Assembly (NCBI GenBank): GCA_963754255.1
Contig: CAVWEW010000010.1
Span: forward strand, 63,064 to 127,063
Source: an uncultured Actinomycetota bacterium
GTDB lineage: Bacteria > Actinomycetota > Acidimicrobiia > Acidimicrobiales > Bog-793
Direction: 5' to 3'
Length of the DNA stretch: 64,000 nucleotides
Numbering within the stretch: position 1 is the first letter of the stretch; each line of letters begins with the position of its first letter. The position numbers and the translations under genes are program-made. Of the stretch, positions 60,367 through 64,000 are shown piece after piece. The notes below the pieces were generated by a model, which had not been told where the DNA came from, searched no databases, and was given only the letters and a program-made list of their open reading frames with translations.

Positions 60367-61216
60367 TCAGGATGCGGCGCTCACGACGTGAACGCCGCGG
60401 GACGCCCGCACGACGCCCTGATCGAGCCTGGCCCGCCACATGTCCTCGATAGCGGTCACGACCCTCCGGCGCATGTCGTCGTCAACGCCGTCGAGGAGGG
60501 AGCGGAGCATGCCTACCCGAGTGCTGAGGACGGCGACCTCGCTGATCCGATCCTCGGCGATAGAGAATCTGGTCATTGTGGGGAGTGACTTCGACATCTG
60601 AATAACCGGCCGCGCCGAGCACCTCCCGGATCCGGGCGGGCTCGGCCAGCGACAAGGGACCGGGTGCATTGGCCTCGGGCAGGGGCGGGGGCGTGCCTGT
60701 AACCGATATCGCCGCCGCGCCCGGGAGCAGCATCCACTCGTTCTCGAAGACACTCTGCCAGCAGACGAAGGCCAGCCTGCCCCCGGGTCGGAGAGCTCTC
60801 CGGATGTTGTGGAAAGCGGCCACCGGGTCGGAGAAGAACATCACCCCGAACCGGGAGAAGGCAGCGTGGAACCTCCCCTGGCCGAGATCGTGCACCTGTA
60901 CGTCGGCTACGAGGAACTCGACACGGCCGCCCTCTGCCCGCTCCTCGCGCCGACGGCCGTGGTCGATCATCTCCGGGGCGATGTCAACGCCGAGAGCGAA
61001 ACCGTCTGGCGAGACTCGCCTCGCCAGCTCGAGCGTCGTCCGTCCCGAGCCGCAGCCCAGGTCGAGGACCGATTCGCCCGGGCGCAACGACAGCTGGTCC
61101 ATCGCCAGCCGGCCCGGCTCGCCGCTCACCCGCTCGAGCTGGTCCTCGAGCTCGAGCCAGACCGGCGCCAGCTCCGACCAGTGCTCGGCCTGTTCGTCGT
61201 TCGTGTCCGTCATCAC
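60367..61216 (-). pseudogene. Class I SAM-dependent methyltransferase, one frame disruption as sequenced
   Basis: Motif I VLDLGCGSGRTT and the body are in the 60482-61216 frame. The C-terminal domain (ISIAEDRISEVAVLSTRVGMLRSLLDG...) is in the 60367-60753 frame, with the switch near 60570. Confidence 0.65.
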
Positions 61217-61324
61217 CGCCTCCTAGCGAGTTGGGCTGGGCCAGGGGCAGGCCTCGCGCCACGGGGGCAGAGTAGTGCCTTCGAGCAGCAGAGGGCCTGT
61301 ACTCCGCTGGATGCCGAGGACACC

Positions 61325-61909
61325 ATGTCCGGGGCGGCCTTTACGTCGCAGAGCAATCGCGAGAAGATCGTCCGGGTGCAAAGTTGGGCCTTTTGGAAGC
61401 TGGCTGGGGCGATCGCCGTCGCCGCCCTGCTGGCAACCGTGATCGCGTCGTGTGGCTCGAGCGGGGCGTTGGTGAGGAGATCGTCGATCCTCACAAGTGA
61501 CGCGGACAACACGACTGCCCATCTGCTGCTCGTCAGCAGTTCGAGCGGTGCCGACGGGGGGTTCAACTTCGACGGCTATGGCGACGGGGCCATGCGGATC
61601 AGCATCCCTGTCGGCTGGAAGGTCGACGTGACCTGCAAGAATGCCTCGGCGACATTGAGCCACTCGTGCGCGGTCGTCGAAGATCTCCCTCTCAGCCCGG
61701 ACGGCGCGCCGCTCGCCTTTCCGGGCTCTGCCACACCGGCGCCGAAGGGCGGGGACCAGCCAGGGGTGTCAAAATCGTTCGGCTTCGTGGCGGCGAGGGT
61801 GGGGACTTACCGGATCGCCTGTCTCGTTTCCGGGCACGAGATCGACGGGATGTGGGACTGGCTGAGCGTGACCCGGAGCGGCGCCCCGAAGGTGACGATC
61901 CGACGTTGA
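61325..61909 (+). CDS. Cupredoxin (sulfocyanin/plastocyanin-like type-1 copper) lipoprotein
   Basis: ATG 61325. TM/lipobox (LLATVIASCGSS). Candidate upstream His ligand (LSHSCAVV) and C-x4-H-x4-M (YRIACLVSGHEIDGMW). Confidence 0.65.
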   Translation: MSGAAFTSQSNREKIVRVQSWAFWKLAGAIAVAALLATVIASCGSSGALVRRSSILTSDADNTTAHLLLVSSSSGADGGFNFDGYGDGAMRISIPVGWKVDVTCKNASATLSHSCAVVEDLPLSPDGAPLAFPGSATPAPKGGDQPGVSKSFGFVAARVGTYRIACLVSGHEIDGMWDWLSVTRSGAPKVTIRR

Positions 61910-61919
61910 GTCTCCGCCG

Positions 61920-62522
61920 CTACTGCTCGGTTGTGAGGTGCTCGATCCACCCGGCCACGATCGAGGCCACTTCGGCGTCCCGCCCTTTGAGGCCATGGTC
62001 TCCCTCCACCCAGACGTGGCTGACCGGGCCGTTGATGCTCGCCGTGGCCGACTCGAGCTCCGCCGGCGAGGCGAAGCTGTCCCGCCTGCCCGACACGAAC
62101 AGGCACGGCACACGCAGGAGGGGAAAGTGGTCGGTCCGAAGCTTGTCCGGTCGTCCCGGCGGGTGGAGCGGGTAGCTCACCAGTACCAATCCCGCCGCAG
62201 GAAGGCCGCCGCCGACGACCATCGAGCAGATGCGGCCACCCATCGATCGGCCTCCGAGGATCACGGCACCGGCGTCCGCCGTGCGGGCGGCGAGAGCCCC
62301 GGCGGCCGAGCGCACTGTGTCCATGAGCACCCGAGGCGAATCGGGCCGCCTCCGTCCGGCGAGGCGGTAAGGAAAGTCGATCCGCTCCACGATCAGCCCT
62401 GTCCGGGACACCGCTCGGTCGATGGCGACGAGAGCCGGCTGGTCCCTGCCGGCGCCCGCTCCGGGCGTCAGCAGAAGGCCGAAGGCGCGAAGCGGCGGGC
62501 TCATCGGCGCATTCTTCCCCAC
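61920..62522 (-). CDS. Alpha/beta hydrolase (dienelactone-hydrolase-like, COG3571-type)
   Basis: 200 aa with nucleophile motif GGRSMGG and C-terminal DHGL. Confidence 0.65.
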   Translation of the reverse strand: MGKNAPMSPPLRAFGLLLTPGAGAGRDQPALVAIDRAVSRTGLIVERIDFPYRLAGRRRPDSPRVLMDTVRSAAGALAARTADAGAVILGGRSMGGRICSMVVGGGLPAAGLVLVSYPLHPPGRPDKLRTDHFPLLRVPCLFVSGRRDSFASPAELESATASINGPVSHVWVEGDHGLKGRDAEVASIVAGWIEHLTTEQ

Positions 62523-62607
62523 GACGCCGGGGGACCTTACGCCGGCGGCCGCCGGAGGCTACGTTGTCGGGCGCGCTTGCAGCTGCGTCCTCAACCGGGA
62601 GGCCTCC

Positions 62608-63057
62608 ATGACGACATTGCGGGATGCTACTGAGCTTGGTGAGCGCGAGCAGTTCCTGGCCGTCGTGACGACGCTGCGGAGTGACTCGACGATCCAAGCC
62701 TCCGTGGTCAACGCCGGCGTCCTCGAGCATCCCTTCGGCGGGGGAGAGGTGCTGGGTTTCGTGACCTATGGGCGGACGAAGCTGCGCAACCTGCGCGATC
62801 GCCCACAGATCACGGTCATTTTTCGCTCCGGCTGGTCCTGGGTCGCCGTCGAAGGCTTCGTAGAGCTGATCGGTCCGGACGACCCATGCCAGGGAGTGGA
62901 TGCCGAGCGCCTGCGACTGCTGCTACGCGAAGTGTTCACTGCCGCCGGAGGCACCCACGACGACTGGGAGGCGTACGACCGGGAGATGGCAGAGCAGGGC
63001 CGCACGGCTGTCCTGGTGAGGCCTACCCGCGTCTACAGCAACACGACGACAAGCTGA
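62608..63057 (+). CDS. PPOX-class probable F420-dependent enzyme (second copy in the window)
   Basis: RBS GGGAGG before ATG 62608. 149-aa split-barrel pattern (FLAVVTTLRSDSTIQASVVNAGV...LRDRPQITVIF). Confidence 0.65.
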   Translation: MTTLRDATELGEREQFLAVVTTLRSDSTIQASVVNAGVLEHPFGGGEVLGFVTYGRTKLRNLRDRPQITVIFRSGWSWVAVEGFVELIGPDDPCQGVDAERLRLLLREVFTAAGGTHDDWEAYDREMAEQGRTAVLVRPTRVYSNTTTS

Positions 63058-63062
63058 GGGTT

Positions 63063-64000
63063 TTGACGCGCCGGTTGCCGGGGGGATTAAGCATCGCCCT
63101 CGCCCCCGACGTCAGGGTTCTGCCGGCCGGCCGGGTGCTTGCCGGCGGCTCGCCGTGGAGGGTCATCCGTCTGGGCGAGGAGGCGATGCCCTTCCTGTCC
63201 AGCCTGCGGAAGGCAGGTCCGACGGGCGCGGTGCCAAAGGGAGCGCCGGCGCGCTCGCTGGCGAGGAGCCTTCTCGACCGCGGACTTCGCCCACCCGGTC
63301 TTCGGCGAGCAGCGGAGAGCTCATCCCGACGTGGATGTCGTCGTGCCCGTGCTCGGGGCCGGTGCTCTCGAGGGCTGCCTGGAGGCGTTGAGGGGCCTGC
63401 GGGTGATCGTGGTCGATGACGGCTCCGTGGACGCCGGCGCCGTGCGGGCCGTCGCGACGAGGCACGCCGTCACCCTCGAGCGCCACGGCGAGAACCGGGG
63501 ACCGGCGGCGGCGAGAAACACCGGGGCCCGAATCGCCCGCACCGACCTCGTCGCCTTCGTGGACGCTGACTGCCGTCCGCAGGACGGCTGGCTCGACGTG
63601 CTCAGCGCACACTTCGACGATCCCCACGTGGCGGCGGTTGCCCCCCGGGTCGTGCCGGCGCCCGCCGGGAAGTCGCTCCTCGCCCGCTACGAGGCAGCCC
63701 GGTCGGCCCTCGACCTGGGGTCTCGCCCGGAGCTGGTCAGGCCGGGCGGGCGGCTGAGCTTTGTTCCGACGGCGACGCTCGTGGTGCGCAGGTCTCTCGT
63801 CCTCCGGCACCCCTTCGACGAGAGCCTGCGCTTCGGGGAGGACGTCGATCTCGTCTGGCGCCTGAGCGACGAGGGCTGGCTCGTCCGTTACGAGCCGGGT
63901 GCCACCGTCGTCCATGCGCAGGGACCGGCGCCAGGGCGCTGGCTCGGGCGACGGGTCGCATACGGGACTTCGGCCGGCCCGCTGGCACAGCGGCACCCTG
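63063..64000 (+). pseudogene. GT2 glycosyltransferase resembling mycofactocin-system MftF; one frame disruption as sequenced; 3' end outside the window
   Basis: The N-terminal MftF-like module (LAPDVRVLPAGRVLAGGSPWRVIRLGEEA) is in the 62886 frame. The GT-A core (DVDVVVPVLG..., VIVVDDGSVD, ENRGPAAARNTGA, VAFVDADCRP) is in another frame that stays open to base 64000. The switch is near 63285. Confidence 0.6.

Noticed and set aside
5733-63290. Programmed ribosomal frameshifting or transcriptional slippage as the explanation for the frame switches
   Set aside because: The sites share no slippery heptamer or downstream structure. They occur in unrelated enzyme families that are single-frame everywhere else, and they go in both +1 and -1 directions.
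1-64000. CRISPR arrays, rRNA genes, additional tRNAs, intact prophage or IS elements
   Set aside because: I saw no regularly spaced direct repeats, no rRNA-like conserved stretches and no further cloverleaf candidates. This is a visual scan only; tRNAscan/Infernal would be decisive.

Overview
High-GC (about 70 % by eye) chromosomal segment of actinobacterial type. The conserved core is coaE, a uvrB-uvrA operon, and uvrC-[SAM methyltransferase]-rapZ-yvcK-gap-pgk-tpiA-secG-[family-5 SBP lipoprotein]-tRNA-Leu(GAG). Most of these genes are joined by 4-nt start/stop overlaps. whiA, which normally follows yvcK, is missing from that slot. The left flank (0-16 kb) holds an MDR dehydrogenase 3' fragment, a 1012-aa PHP-type protein, an orphan TAT-lipoprotein SBP, a TPP-enzyme/aminotransferase pair, an EamA exporter, a cysteine-dioxygenase/rhodanese fusion, a trimethylamine-dehydrogenase-like Fe-S flavoprotein coupled to an ADP-forming acyl-CoA synthetase, and an SDR. 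Directly 3' of tRNA-Leu lies an ~18-kb accessory block (32.36-50.44 kb), bounded by a serine-recombinase remnant and an IS256-family transposase remnant. It carries an MMPL transporter, a DUF433/DUF5615 toxin-antitoxin pair, duplicated alpha/beta hydrolases, a second TPP enzyme, and a same-strand peptide/N-methyl-amino-acid catabolic gene string (SBP, two tandem CocE/NonD hydrolases, proline iminopeptidase, sarcosine-oxidase-like flavoenzyme). The right flank (50.4-64 kb) has an ECF sigma with a BNR-propeller anti-sigma-like partner, DsbA, two PPOX/F420-type proteins, pirin, a second proline iminopeptidase, ribokinase, a type-1 copper lipoprotein and an MftF-like glycosyltransferase that runs off the window. 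The main caveat and main oddity is about 25 single-nucleotide frame disruptions found by manual frame tracing. Roughly three quarters fall inside the 18-kb block, while the 2-3 kb housekeeping genes are intact. I cannot tell from sequence alone whether these are consensus indel errors or very recent gene decay. No CRISPR array, rRNA or intact mobile element was seen. I found no clearly novel multi-gene system; the findings list candidates worth a second look.
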